A stretch of 32,000 bases of DNA. It comes from an uncultured Opitutales bacterium (GTDB lineage Bacteria; Verrucomicrobiota; Verrucomicrobiia; Opitutales; Intestinicryptomonadaceae). The DNA is taken from contig CAKUIA010000006.1 of NCBI GenBank assembly GCA_934660865.1, forward strand, positions 78,418-110,417. Reading direction: 5' to 3'. This document shows positions 16,940-26,134 of the stretch, one piece after another (the first letter of the stretch is position 1; each line of letters starts with the position of its first letter). The notes below the pieces were generated by a model that was given only the letters and a program-made list of their open reading frames with translations, was not told the origin of the DNA and ran no database searches. The position numbers and the translations under genes were made by a program.

Positions 16940-16966
16940 ATTTTTGACATTGTTCCCTTTTGTATG
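16940..16966 (+). promoter_or_regulatory. ATTTTTGACA-N14-ATG motif copy (d)
   Basis: TTGACA at 16944-16949, spacer ttgttcccttttgt, ATG at 16964. Follows the TAG at 16937-16939. Confidence 0.6.
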
Positions 16967-17326
16967 AGCAATCCATACAAACTAAGAGGGACAAAACAGC
17001 CTATTTCGTTCGGCGTTGAAAAGCTTGACGGCTATATTGTCGACGCAACCGAAGAGACTATCGAGGGCGAAGAGCTTGAAGTTGAAGACGAAAACAACAA
17101 CGTAGTTGCGCATTTTTCGGGCTTCGGTATTCGACACAAACGCACGGCAAGCGTGATTCCGCTTGTAGGAGCAACCGCGCCGCTTCCAGGAGATTCGTTT
17201 AAAATCGGCGAGAACTTCGAGTTCATCGTAAAGTCTGTTAAAAAATCCCGCGCCCGCAAGGACGTTGAAAAATGGGATTTGGAGGGCACATACTACCCCG
17301 AAGTTCCGATGGAGGTAATCGGGTAA
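16964..17326 (+). CDS. putative tail tube or other tail structural protein (120 aa)
   Basis: First gene of a unit ending in the tape measure gene. Assignment by position only. Confidence 0.4.
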   Translation: MSNPYKLRGTKQPISFGVEKLDGYIVDATEETIEGEELEVEDENNNVVAHFSGFGIRHKRTASVIPLVGATAPLPGDSFKIGENFEFIVKSVKKSRARKDVEKWDLEGTYYPEVPMEVIG

Positions 17327-17856
17327 TGGAAGACTTCTACGAAGCCTTTATAAATTGCTCGCACACGGCTTTGGGCAAACGCCTGAAGCCTTTTTGCTTG
17401 AAGCATTGTTTGTATTTGGAGGCGGTAAATTCGCCGATAATGCGCCTTGTAAACGGCGAGGAAGCGGAAATTTCCCGCCAAGATTTAGAGGTAGCCGTTA
17501 TTATTTGCTCGGCGGACGATATTCTAAAAAGCCTGAAACGCCCGTATCTTGGAATGAAATTCCATTCATACAGACGCGGATTAACGGCGTTTCTTTCGTA
17601 TCTGACGGACTTTGTTGCCGTCCCCGAACTCTGGGATAAAATCGATTCGGAAACCACGCTCAACGCACCTTGGATACTCTCGCGGGCTATGTTGCTTCTT
17701 TCAAAAACTTCGCTGAGGCTTGACGAGGTTTGGAATATGCCGCTTGGCGAGCTTCTCTGGTATTGCGCCGTGTTTGCCGAACAGGAGGGCGTGGCTCAAA
17801 TTCAGTCGGACACAGAAAAGCGCATAATCGAGGAAATTAAAAATGGCAACAAGTAG
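17326..17856 (+). CDS. hypothetical protein, tail-assembly-chaperone position (176 aa)
   Basis: TAATG coupling. Immediately precedes and overlaps the tape measure gene. No slippery heptamer found. Confidence 0.4.
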   Translation: MEDFYEAFINCSHTALGKRLKPFCLKHCLYLEAVNSPIMRLVNGEEAEISRQDLEVAVIICSADDILKSLKRPYLGMKFHSYRRGLTAFLSYLTDFVAVPELWDKIDSETTLNAPWILSRAMLLLSKTSLRLDEVWNMPLGELLWYCAVFAEQEGVAQIQSDTEKRIIEEIKNGNK

Positions 17857-19321
17857 CATTCTTGCAAAAATCGGGCTAAACTCCGCTGGGTTTAAGACTG
17901 GGCTGGCGCAGTGTCGAATGGCTGCGGGGAATTTTAAAAAGTCCGTCGGCGGTATGTTTTCGGGAATCGGGTCGCAGATTCTCGGGGCGTTGGGCGTGTC
18001 GGCGGGGATTGCGGGGATTTCCGCGTTCACTCAAAAGACAATCGAATTCGGCGGGCACGTCGAGGATATGGCAAACCAGCTGCGAATGGGCAAAAGCGAA
18101 TTTCAGGCACTTGCCTACACCGCAAAGCTTGCGGGTGTTGAAGAATCGAAGCTCGTCCAGACTCTGCAAACGCTCAACCAGCGCACGATTGACGCCTGCG
18201 ACGGCAACTACACCTACCGCGACGCCTTAAACCGCCTCGGCATAGACTTGAAGAATTTTGCCAACCAATCCCCCGAAAAGCGTTTTGAAATGTTGGGACG
18301 CGCCTTTAAAAATTCGGGCGAATCGCTTACGGCGTTAAACGACATTTCCACTATATTGGGGCAAAAGACCGCCCCGCAGCTTTTGGAGGTTTTGGATAAA
18401 GTGGCGACGCAGGGAATGGAAAGCATAACGCAGTCGGCAATCGAAGCCGGCAACGTTATGGACGAAGAAACGCTTGCCGCTCTTGCCCGCGCGGGAGACG
18501 AAATCGACAAATGGCAAAACCGAATCATAGTCGGATTCGGAGGGTTTCTCGCCGATATTGCTTCCGCAATCGGTCGGCAAAAATGGGGGCTTTTGATTGG
18601 TATGAAGTTTACCCAAGCGGGAGAATTTATCGAGGAGGCGCTGCGGGATATTTCAAACTACATACTCGCGGTGTTTTCGAGCGTGTTTAGATATATAAAC
18701 AGCGCGTTTTCGGGCTTTGTTGTTCCCATTCGCAACGTCTTTGTTTGGTTTATCGAGACTGTGGGGAACGCGTTGGGGAAGTTTGTTGGAATGTTTTCCG
18801 AGAGTTGGCAAAACGCGATAAATGGCGCGCTTGACGGCTTGCGAGAACTAAAAGACGAGGCAAACCGACTTTCCGCGAAAGACAAAAACAAAAGCTTCGG
18901 ACAGATTTTTGCCGAAGAAGTTTCCGATGCGTCGAATAGGAACAATTCGCGCAACCGCCAAAATTTGCTAACTTCGAAATCGGTTGATTGGTATAAAGAA
19001 CAGCTAAAATATGTAGAACAAGCCCGCGATGCCGAGAAGCAGTTGGCGGTTTCGGCGGAAAATGCGCGCAAGGCAAAATACCGAAAGGCGGACGAATCTC
19101 CCGAAATCAAAAAGTCGGCAAAAGAGCGGAAGCTCGAAAAGTCGCTCTCAAACCACAACGATTCGGCGCTTGCAAAAATCGGCGGAGGCGGACTTCTCGC
19201 AGCCCGCTACGACATCACCGCAAAGCAGCTCTCGGAATCCAAATGCCAGTCGAAACTTCTCCAAAAGATAGCCGAAAACACCGAACACCAGTCGGGAAAA
19301 TCGGAGCTGTTGATGAAGTAA
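17843..19321 (+). CDS. tail tape measure protein (492 aa)
   Basis: Gly/Ala-rich hydrophobic segment GIGSQILGALGVSAGIAGISAF, long helical Ala/Glu/Lys-rich regions, and position in the tail module. Confidence 0.7.
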   Translation: MATSSILAKIGLNSAGFKTGLAQCRMAAGNFKKSVGGMFSGIGSQILGALGVSAGIAGISAFTQKTIEFGGHVEDMANQLRMGKSEFQALAYTAKLAGVEESKLVQTLQTLNQRTIDACDGNYTYRDALNRLGIDLKNFANQSPEKRFEMLGRAFKNSGESLTALNDISTILGQKTAPQLLEVLDKVATQGMESITQSAIEAGNVMDEETLAALARAGDEIDKWQNRIIVGFGGFLADIASAIGRQKWGLLIGMKFTQAGEFIEEALRDISNYILAVFSSVFRYINSAFSGFVVPIRNVFVWFIETVGNALGKFVGMFSESWQNAINGALDGLRELKDEANRLSAKDKNKSFGQIFAEEVSDASNRNNSRNRQNLLTSKSVDWYKEQLKYVEQARDAEKQLAVSAENARKAKYRKADESPEIKKSAKERKLEKSLSNHNDSALAKIGGGGLLAARYDITAKQLSESKCQSKLLQKIAENTEHQSGKSELLMK

Positions 19322-19341
19322 TTTCAATTACAAATCTAAGC

Positions 19342-19818
19342 TTACATAATCATCATACTGTATATAAACATCAGCCAAGCAAGAGGTAGAAAGAGAATGG
19401 AGATAAATAGCCATACACGTTTAAGCTTAGGCGATGTCTTTGAAAACCTCTCGAAGTACTTAAGGTATTTATCTTTTCTCCATAAGAGCAAATGATTTAT
19501 TAAGTAACAAGGAATTCCCGTAATTAAGCAAAAAGTCCACTTGTCTAAAGGCACTAAGGAAACGCGAGGGTATAAGATAGATGCAAAATTGAACAATGTC
19601 CATACCAACAGAGCGGTAAAAGCCAACATCATTACGTCAGAAATCGTTGTTTGCAGTAGCCAAAACTGCAATAGAGGCATTCTTATATAACGTTTGGCAT
19701 TTGGGACGAAACAAGACACCAAAGCTTCTGCAAACCTGTTTATTGCGAGTTGGGTTATTTTGTTCCACTCGTAAACACAAAAATACAACCAGTTCCAAAA
19801 CAATTCAATATGCTTCAT
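19342..19818 (-). CDS. multi-pass membrane protein (158 aa), AT-rich moron
   Basis: Several hydrophobic spans (VMMLAFTALLVWTLFNFASILY, FCLITGIPCYLINHLLLW, VWLFISILFLPLAWLMFIYSMMIM). Opposite strand, between the tape measure and distal tail genes. Confidence 0.65.
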   Translation of the reverse strand: MKHIELFWNWLYFCVYEWNKITQLAINRFAEALVSCFVPNAKRYIRMPLLQFWLLQTTISDVMMLAFTALLVWTLFNFASILYPRVSLVPLDKWTFCLITGIPCYLINHLLLWRKDKYLKYFERFSKTSPKLKRVWLFISILFLPLAWLMFIYSMMIM

Positions 19819-19887
19819 ATAAACTTCGTTATCTTGGGGCTACTCCCGACGTTTTCATATTAATAGCTTTCAATCTACAAAAGATAG

Positions 19888-19916
19888 ATTTTTTGACAAG
19901 CCGAATTCTTTATATG
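19888..19916 (+). promoter_or_regulatory. ATTTTTTGACA-N15-ATG motif copy (i)
   Basis: TTGACA at 19893-19898, 15-nt spacer, ATG at 19914. Confidence 0.55.
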
Positions 19917-20603
19917 CGGGTAAGATTGCATGACGGCGAGGTGTGTTTTTTGAGGGATTCGGGCGAGAGAATTGTCTCGGCGGATTCTGTCGCGACGTGT
20001 TCAGCCACTTGGTTTTGTTATCCGTATTCGGCGGCGCTTGCGCATTGCCCGATTGTAAACAAGTCTCCGCACCCGATTTGGTCGGATTTGTATTGCAAGT
20101 CGGTAGGCATTAAGCGGCACGGCGAAGGCGCGATAATAACCGCCCAATACGAGGGTTCGGAATTCGTCTGGGATTCGAACAAAGATTCCTCCGAAAACAC
20201 CGTCGAAGTTTCCTGCACGATGCGCGAAGAGCCGATAGAAAGCCACCCTGATTTCGAGAGATGGGCGGGAAGCCCAGACAAGCCCAACTGCGGAATATTC
20301 GACGACGACGGCAAATTCGTCGGCTGGAATTCCAAAACGCAGGGCGGCAAAATAATGGCGGGCGTAAAAAGCTACCTCGTGCCGTCGTATTCTGCGGCGG
20401 TAGGCTATATTTCAAGGGGAATGCCGAGCCTCGGCGGAATCGGCTCAATCGGCGGCGGCAGCGGCTTGCCCGCAGTCGGCGGAAACCGCCAGTGGATGTG
20501 CACGGGAATTTCCTACAACAAAATGGCTGACGGCAAATACAAAGTCTCCGTCACCTATCTTTTGAGCGGCCCGAACGGCTGGAATAAATACATATACAAA
20601 TAA
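19914..20603 (+). CDS. hypothetical distal tail protein (229 aa)
   Basis: Start set at ATG 19914. The track's 19647 start would overlap the antisense membrane gene. Gly-rich [17 protein letters not shown]. Confidence 0.5.
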   Translation: MRVRLHDGEVCFLRDSGERIVSADSVATCSATWFCYPYSAALAHCPIVNKSPHPIWSDLYCKSVGIKRHGEGAIITAQYEGSEFVWDSNKDSSENTVEVSCTMREEPIESHPDFERWAGSPDKPNCGIFDDDGKFVGWNSKTQGGKIMAGVKSYLVPSYSAAVGYISRGMPSLGGIGSIGGGSGLPAVGGNRQWMCTGISYNKMADGKYKVSVTYLLSGPNGWNKYIYK

Positions 20604-20605
20604 AA

Positions 20606-22348
20606 ATGCTAAACGACATCGGAAACCAGAAACTGCCGCGATTCCGCGCAGGGCTACCGCTCTTGGAACAGGTAACGGCGGAACGGCTAAACGACATCTG
20701 CGCAATGATTGAAGCTTCGCGCCTGCAAAACGGCGTAGGATACACAATGAATAGAAGCGCGGGCGGAACTACGCTTACGATACTGGATACGCTGATAACG
20801 AAAAATTCCAAGGCGTGGCGAATCTCCTTCGGCGACGAATTCTCCGAAATGGAAAAGTCGATGCTCGCAGTCTACACGGCAAAAGACACCGAGGAATTGC
20901 CCGACATCAAGTTCCCCGATTCGGCTACAATCCGCTTCGATATCGAAAACGCCTTCAAAACTTTCCAAAAAACGCCCAAAAGCGGCGATGTCATCTGGAA
21001 CGAAACCGACGGCTTGCGCTATCTTGTCTTCTCCGAAAAGATTTTGAAAGACTGCGGAGGCGCGGTCGAAAAGGATTTTTACAGCATAAAGTTTTCGACG
21101 GGCGAAAAGGAAAACGCGAAAACTTTCTACGCGCTTTACGTCGGCGAACACCCGCAACAGCCTGCGGGCAGAACGCCGAGCCAGCCGATTGCGGGCCCTG
21201 CGGGCAGAGACGGGAAAGACGGCAAGGACGGTGAAAAGGGAGAAAAAGGCGACAAGGGCGATAAGGGGGACAAGGGAGACCGTGGCGAAAAAGGCGAGAA
21301 AGGCGAAACGGGTGATAAAATCGTCGAAAAGATTGTCGATAGCGGTGCGTATGACGACACCGAAATCCGCAACCAGCTTTCAAACTTAAAAGCCTTGTGG
21401 GACGAGCACAGCGCGCTAATCGCCGAACTCAATACGCTTACCAACGACGAACTTTACAAACGCCAACAGCTCGAAAAACGCGTCGACGAAATCGAATCGC
21501 AAATAAAGGCTATTGTGGAATCTCTGAAAGCCCTCGCCGATACCGACGAAAGCATAAAGGCGCAGATTTCGCAACTGTGGGCTGCTATCAACAACCTGCC
21601 CAAGGGCGAGAAAGGAGACCAAGGCCCAGTCGGTCCGCAAGGTCCTCAGGGAATTCAGGGGGAACGCGGGGAGAAAGGCGAAAAAGGCGATACGGGACCA
21701 ATGGGGCCGCAAGGTCCTGCGGGAGGAGGCGGCGGAACTCAAGGCCCGCAGGGCCCGAAAGGCGACAAGGGAGACAAAGGGGATAAGGGCGACACGGGCG
21801 CGCAAGGTCCGATGGGACCTCAGGGGCCTCGCGGCGAAAAGGGAGATTCCGCCGACACTTCCGCGCTTGCTTCGGCGGTCGCCTCGCTCGAATCGCGAAT
21901 GGGCAACATCGAAAATAGAATGTCTTCCGCAGAATCCGTAATGGCGAGTATGCGCCAAAACGTCGACTATGTGAAGCGCACGATTGATTCCGCCGTAAAC
22001 GTCGCCGTGATGGACGCAAACGGCAATCTCGCAACCCTCAAAGTTTTGCAGCACATCGACGGCGGCAACATTATGACCGACATTTACTATTTCGACCCGT
22101 CGACGAATATGATGAGCAAAACGCAGGTGTTTTCGACGGGGTCAAGGCAGGTCGATACGGGCTGGAAACCTACGAATATCCAGTTTGTTTTGCCAAACGG
22201 CGAAAGCGCGGAAATCACGATTCTTGCCGACCAAAACACTCTAAACAATCTGGGCGCGGCGTTCTATTCCGAACCCTGCGAGGTCTGCGACGGCGGCTCT
22301 TCCACCGTAAAATACTTCCTTGTAAAGTCGGGGGAAGGCGGCGAATGA
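20606..22348 (+). CDS. collagen-like repeat tail fibre protein (580 aa)
   Basis: Two Gly-X-Y blocks (residues about 197-238 and 334-414) separated by a coiled-coil-like segment. Non-repetitive C-terminal domain. Confidence 0.8.
   Translation: MLNDIGNQKLPRFRAGLPLLEQVTAERLNDICAMIEASRLQNGVGYTMNRSAGGTTLTILDTLITKNSKAWRISFGDEFSEMEKSMLAVYTAKDTEELPDIKFPDSATIRFDIENAFKTFQKTPKSGDVIWNETDGLRYLVFSEKILKDCGGAVEKDFYSIKFSTGEKENAKTFYALYVGEHPQQPAGRTPSQPIAGPAGRDGKDGKDGEKGEKGDKGDKGDKGDRGEKGEKGETGDKIVEKIVDSGAYDDTEIRNQLSNLKALWDEHSALIAELNTLTNDELYKRQQLEKRVDEIESQIKAIVESLKALADTDESIKAQISQLWAAINNLPKGEKGDQGPVGPQGPQGIQGERGEKGEKGDTGPMGPQGPAGGGGGTQGPQGPKGDKGDKGDKGDTGAQGPMGPQGPRGEKGDSADTSALASAVASLESRMGNIENRMSSAESVMASMRQNVDYVKRTIDSAVNVAVMDANGNLATLKVLQHIDGGNIMTDIYYFDPSTNMMSKTQVFSTGSRQVDTGWKPTNIQFVLPNGESAEITILADQNTLNNLGAAFYSEPCEVCDGGSSTVKYFLVKSGEGGE
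21194..21319 (+). repeat. Gly-X-Y (collagen-like) coding repeat block 1
   Basis: [42 protein letters not shown]; reiterated ggcgacaag/ggngaaaaa triplet units. Confidence 0.85.
21605..21847 (+). repeat. Gly-X-Y (collagen-like) coding repeat block 2
   Basis: [81 protein letters not shown]. Confidence 0.85.
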
Positions 22349-22683
22349 TTCGGCTAAAATCCAAATGCTCCGACGACTGCTCGCAATGCGAGCCGAGCGT
22401 TATAGCGAGCTATACCACAAACGGCGACAACCCGACGTGGGATTTGACGCCGTATCAGGGCGACGGCGTCGGCAAGCCCGACGCGCTTTGGCGTTTGTAT
22501 GAGCTAAGCGGCTGCGTTGAATACAAGCGCGGGCGCATCGACGAAAACGGCAAACTTGAAGGATTGCCGAGCCAGTTTAAATCCAACTACACCTACGACG
22601 GCTATATGGAGCTTCAACAGGGCTGTCCCGATATTTGTTGCGACGACCTCTGGTGCGGCAACATCAAATGGCCCGAAAGTTAA
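22345..22683 (+). CDS. Cys-rich hypothetical protein (112 aa)
   Basis: ATGA coupling to the fibre gene. Nine Cys, including CSDDCSQC and [11 protein letters not shown]. Confidence 0.5.
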   Translation: MIRLKSKCSDDCSQCEPSVIASYTTNGDNPTWDLTPYQGDGVGKPDALWRLYELSGCVEYKRGRIDENGKLEGLPSQFKSNYTYDGYMELQQGCPDICCDDLWCGNIKWPES

Positions 22684-22686
22684 TTT

Positions 22687-23634
22687 ATGTTTGAATTCGA
22701 TAAAGGGATAAATTCGCATATGCCGTTTGTGGCGCGCGGTAATGCACCAGACTTCACGCCGAAGGCTTTTTGCTGTCTTAAAATCGGCGGCAAGTGGAAG
22801 CTTCACCACTATGAAAACGGCGAATGGAAGCGCGTTTATACAGGGCTTCCAGAAGACGCCACGGAATGTTCGCCCACCGCCGAACTTGTAGACGGCAGGT
22901 GGAGGATTTCGTTCATAGCGGGCGGACACGAAAGCGACAGGCGTTTTTATCTCTACAAGATTGACGGAATCGGCAACGTTCCCGAAAAGGTTGTCGCCGC
23001 AGATGTCGGGTTCGTTTTCAAGAACTGCATTGTCTACGGCGGGCGTTCTGGCGGGCTTTACATTGTCCGTGGCGGGAATATTCAAAAGCTGACATTTTCC
23101 GATGCCGAATACCTCTACCGCGTTTCATACAATCCCGACAACCCGAGCGAGTGGCTGATTTCGGGACAGACAAAGGCGGGCGGGATTTTTTCGCGCGTTT
23201 GCAATGTCTTTGCGGGGACTTTGCAAAGCCTTTGCGTGAACGGCAAGCCCGCCTACAAAGCGGCGTTGTTTAACGGCAGATGGTTTTACGCCGAGCGCGG
23301 CGAAAACGGCTTTGAAGACAGGCGCATTGTGGAGGCTGCGGAATTTACCAGAACCGATTTGGAGTTTGAAAAATCGGCAATTTTGGAAACTTTGGATACT
23401 TTGCCTACAACATTTCAAATGGTGGGAAAGTTTACAAAGGCAACCTACAGCTGGGCAAAATCGGGCTTCAAACTTGCCGACGAAACAGAACTTGCCAAAA
23501 GAAAATCAATCTGCAACAACTGCAACTTCTGGTATCCCACAGCCCGAATGGGACTCGGCAAATGCCTAAAATGCGGCTGCTCTTCCGCAAAACTAAAATT
23601 GGCTTCCGAAAAATGCCCAATAGGGAAATGGTGA
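22687..23634 (+). CDS. hypothetical tail-associated protein with C-terminal Cys4-type motif (315 aa)
   Basis: C-terminus is CNNCNFW...GKCLKCGCSSAKLKLASEKCPIGKW (zinc-ribbon-like). The body is repetitive and beta-rich. Confidence 0.5.
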   Translation: MFEFDKGINSHMPFVARGNAPDFTPKAFCCLKIGGKWKLHHYENGEWKRVYTGLPEDATECSPTAELVDGRWRISFIAGGHESDRRFYLYKIDGIGNVPEKVVAADVGFVFKNCIVYGGRSGGLYIVRGGNIQKLTFSDAEYLYRVSYNPDNPSEWLISGQTKAGGIFSRVCNVFAGTLQSLCVNGKPAYKAALFNGRWFYAERGENGFEDRRIVEAAEFTRTDLEFEKSAILETLDTLPTTFQMVGKFTKATYSWAKSGFKLADETELAKRKSICNNCNFWYPTARMGLGKCLKCGCSSAKLKLASEKCPIGKW

Positions 23635-23659
23635 TTTTGACACCCCAGCTTCTTGTATG
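23634..23659 (+). promoter_or_regulatory. ATTTTGACA-N14-ATG motif copy (e)
   Basis: TTGACA at 23637-23642, spacer ccccagcttcttgt, ATG at 23657. Follows the TGA at 23632-23634. Confidence 0.6.
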
Positions 23660-25870
23660 ACTCTTTTTATAGACGTTGAGAACAAGAAGCTTGTCCAGAG
23701 TTTGACTTCCGACAGGAGCGTGTCCGCGCCCGTATTTATGCAGGGCGACAACGAGCCGCTCGAAATCTTCCTCCTCCAAAAGGGCGAAGAATCGCTTTAC
23801 GAGGTAAAGCCGCTTGTAGTCGGCACCGACTTTCTGCGGGTTGCGATTGCGCGTTTCAAGGGCTATCCCAAATCACTCACCTATACGGCAGGCTACACGT
23901 TGAATCCGAACGGCGGTGCGGAAGTGGTGTTGCCGTTAAACACAACGGCAATCGAAAACGCCGTTCAGGAGAGCGAATACATCACCGCCTTCTTGGAGGT
24001 GGAATACTCCGACACTGCGGGCAGAATCGTTACGATTTTACAGACCGCCTGCCGCGTAAAAAACGACCTCATAGAAAACGCGCCCGCAGTCGAACTTCAA
24101 GAGCAGTTCTACGACAGGGTTTATACCGACACCGTCTTCTCGAAGAAATCAGCCAATCTTTCGGACTTGGCGGACAAGTCGGCTTCGAGGAAGAACCTCG
24201 ATGTCTACGCAAAAGGCGAAGTTTACAACAAATCGCAAATCGACGCGCAGGAGGCAAAGAACCTCAAAAAAGCTTCAAACCTTGCGGATGTTGCCGACAA
24301 ATCAGCAGCAAGAACAAATCTCGACGTTCCGCAAAAGCGCGACCTGTTCAAATATATGAAGTGCGGAATATGGTCGGACACCTCGTTGTCCGTTCCCTCG
24401 GAATACGGCGCAACGCTCGGCGACGACTTCGTGGCGGGAAATTGCTCGACATTCCTTACAATCTACCTGCCCGAACCGACCGCCTATTACACGCAGCTCT
24501 ACGCCATTTCATACGCAGACAGCGGAATGTTCATTCCCGAAATTTCCGCAGACGGCAAAACGCTGAAATTGGGCTACATCTATCGGGAAAGCGAAAGCGG
24601 CGGTTCGGAAATTGTCGAGCGGACGGCGGCGATTTCAAAGGCAATCGAATACGGCGACAGTATCGCGCTCACCGTCGACGGCAGGAATTTCAAGCTATAC
24701 AAGGGCATCGAGCTTGTTTCCTCGGGCGTAATTCCCGACGAACTTTCCATAACGGGCGCGTCTTCGTTCTTGGGCTGGAAAGGCTTGAAGCAGGTTATGG
24801 CGTATTCGAATTCGCTTCTGTTGCCGCTTACGGCAAGCGAAGGCAAGACCGCGAAAATCAACTATTCTATTGAGGATTTCGCAAACGGCAATTTCCCGCC
24901 AAAGGGCATTCTGAATTCGCGCTACAATTATTTCAGAAGCACGTTCGCAAGCTCGTTTACGCGCAACAGCTCGCATTCGAAAGGCGTCGGCGGCGCGGAA
25001 ATCGGCGGCAAAAAGAACGCGCTGAAAATTTCGCTCATGCCCGACAGCTACAACGCGTCGCACGAATACGAGCTACCCTCAAAGTATTTTAGTGGCAACG
25101 GAATGCTGCACAAAATCAGGTTCTTGATTTACCTGCCGACGACAAACCCGAACATCACGAAAGTCCAGCTGAGGCTCGGCAGCATTGCGCCCGCAAGCGC
25201 GGGGACGATAGTTTCAAAGACCGACAACATCGACAAGTCGGGCATGATTCTGCCCAAGGACGAATGGCAGACCGTGGAAATGATACTCACGCTTAAATGG
25301 TCGGGTTCGTTCAAGCTCTATTTGTATAAGGGAAGCAACTCGTATTTCAAACTCGAGGAGGAATCGACCGACGCAGTTTATCTGCATTCGATTACCTGCT
25401 CGTGTTTGCAGGGTTTCGAGGGCTTTTTCTACGGAGCGGGAAGTTCGGGATTTTGGAAGAACTACGGCGCGTCGAGCAGGGATTTGGCGTTTTACGGGTG
25501 GTCGCTGCCGTTCGAGGGAAACGGGAACTATACGAAGCACATTGCGGTTTCGTCGTTTTCGAGCACGACGTATCTTTACGCGGAGGGCTTCCCGACGGGC
25601 TTGGAGCTTTCGCAGATTGTCCTGCGCTTCGATTCCGAGCTGCCCGACACTTCAAGTGCCGAAGACGAAATCCAAAAGAACGTCTTCCGACTGAGAACGA
25701 ACGACGACACGGTTTGCGAGGAGCAGCTTCCCGCGATTCCCGCCAACAGGCCTTATTACATATACCCCAAGCGCGGACTTCCCGAACTCTACTATTCGCT
25801 GGAAATTGCGCCGATGTATGCGTGCAACTGCGGCGGCTCGGTCGATTTAATTTTCACAAAGGTTAGTTAA
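23657..25870 (+). CDS. tail fibre / receptor-binding protein (737 aa)
   Basis: Contains two copies of the phage fibre motif (SANLSDLADKSASRKNLDV and ASNLADVADKSAARTNLDV). Large size and late position. Confidence 0.75.
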   Translation: MTLFIDVENKKLVQSLTSDRSVSAPVFMQGDNEPLEIFLLQKGEESLYEVKPLVVGTDFLRVAIARFKGYPKSLTYTAGYTLNPNGGAEVVLPLNTTAIENAVQESEYITAFLEVEYSDTAGRIVTILQTACRVKNDLIENAPAVELQEQFYDRVYTDTVFSKKSANLSDLADKSASRKNLDVYAKGEVYNKSQIDAQEAKNLKKASNLADVADKSAARTNLDVPQKRDLFKYMKCGIWSDTSLSVPSEYGATLGDDFVAGNCSTFLTIYLPEPTAYYTQLYAISYADSGMFIPEISADGKTLKLGYIYRESESGGSEIVERTAAISKAIEYGDSIALTVDGRNFKLYKGIELVSSGVIPDELSITGASSFLGWKGLKQVMAYSNSLLLPLTASEGKTAKINYSIEDFANGNFPPKGILNSRYNYFRSTFASSFTRNSSHSKGVGGAEIGGKKNALKISLMPDSYNASHEYELPSKYFSGNGMLHKIRFLIYLPTTNPNITKVQLRLGSIAPASAGTIVSKTDNIDKSGMILPKDEWQTVEMILTLKWSGSFKLYLYKGSNSYFKLEEESTDAVYLHSITCSCLQGFEGFFYGAGSSGFWKNYGASSRDLAFYGWSLPFEGNGNYTKHIAVSSFSSTTYLYAEGFPTGLELSQIVLRFDSELPDTSSAEDEIQKNVFRLRTNDDTVCEEQLPAIPANRPYYIYPKRGLPELYYSLEIAPMYACNCGGSVDLIFTKVS
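24149..24328 (+). repeat. two copies of the NL(S/A)D(L/V)ADKSA(S/A)R.NLDV fibre motif
   Basis: Residues about 165-224 of the fibre protein; direct peptide repeat about 40 residues apart. Confidence 0.7.
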
Positions 25871-25871
25871 T

Positions 25872-26132
25872 ATGGGTAAATACATCACAAAAATCATTCT
25901 CGGAGAGGACGCGAGCGACTTCGCGCAAATTGTCGGCGTTTTGGGCTTTTGCGGCAACCGCTACATCTGCCAAGCGCTCGATTCGGACGGAAACATTATG
26001 CACGCTCAGACGTTTTCGCTTCCGAAAAACATCGACGGGCTTCCCGCCAACGATTCCGCATTGAAAGCCGACGTCCTGAAATCATGGAAGTCGGAGGAAC
26101 TCAAACGCCGCAAGGCTCGGGGGGAGGAGTAG
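25872..26132 (+). CDS. hypothetical protein (86 aa)
   Basis: ATG 2 nt after the fibre gene stop. No motif recognised. Confidence 0.45.
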   Translation: MGKYITKIILGEDASDFAQIVGVLGFCGNRYICQALDSDGNIMHAQTFSLPKNIDGLPANDSALKADVLKSWKSEELKRRKARGEE

Positions 26133-26134
26133 AA

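Noticed and set aside
17800-17856. Programmed -1 frameshift in the tail chaperone gene upstream of the tape measure
   Set aside because: No X XXY YYZ slippery heptamer is present near the 3' end. ATTAAAAAT does not fit, and there is no extended overlapping ORF.
19647-19913. Upstream extension of the 19914..20603 tail gene
   Set aside because: It is antisense to the AT-rich membrane gene and has non-protein-like composition. The motif-defined ATG at 19914 fits the pattern of the other units.
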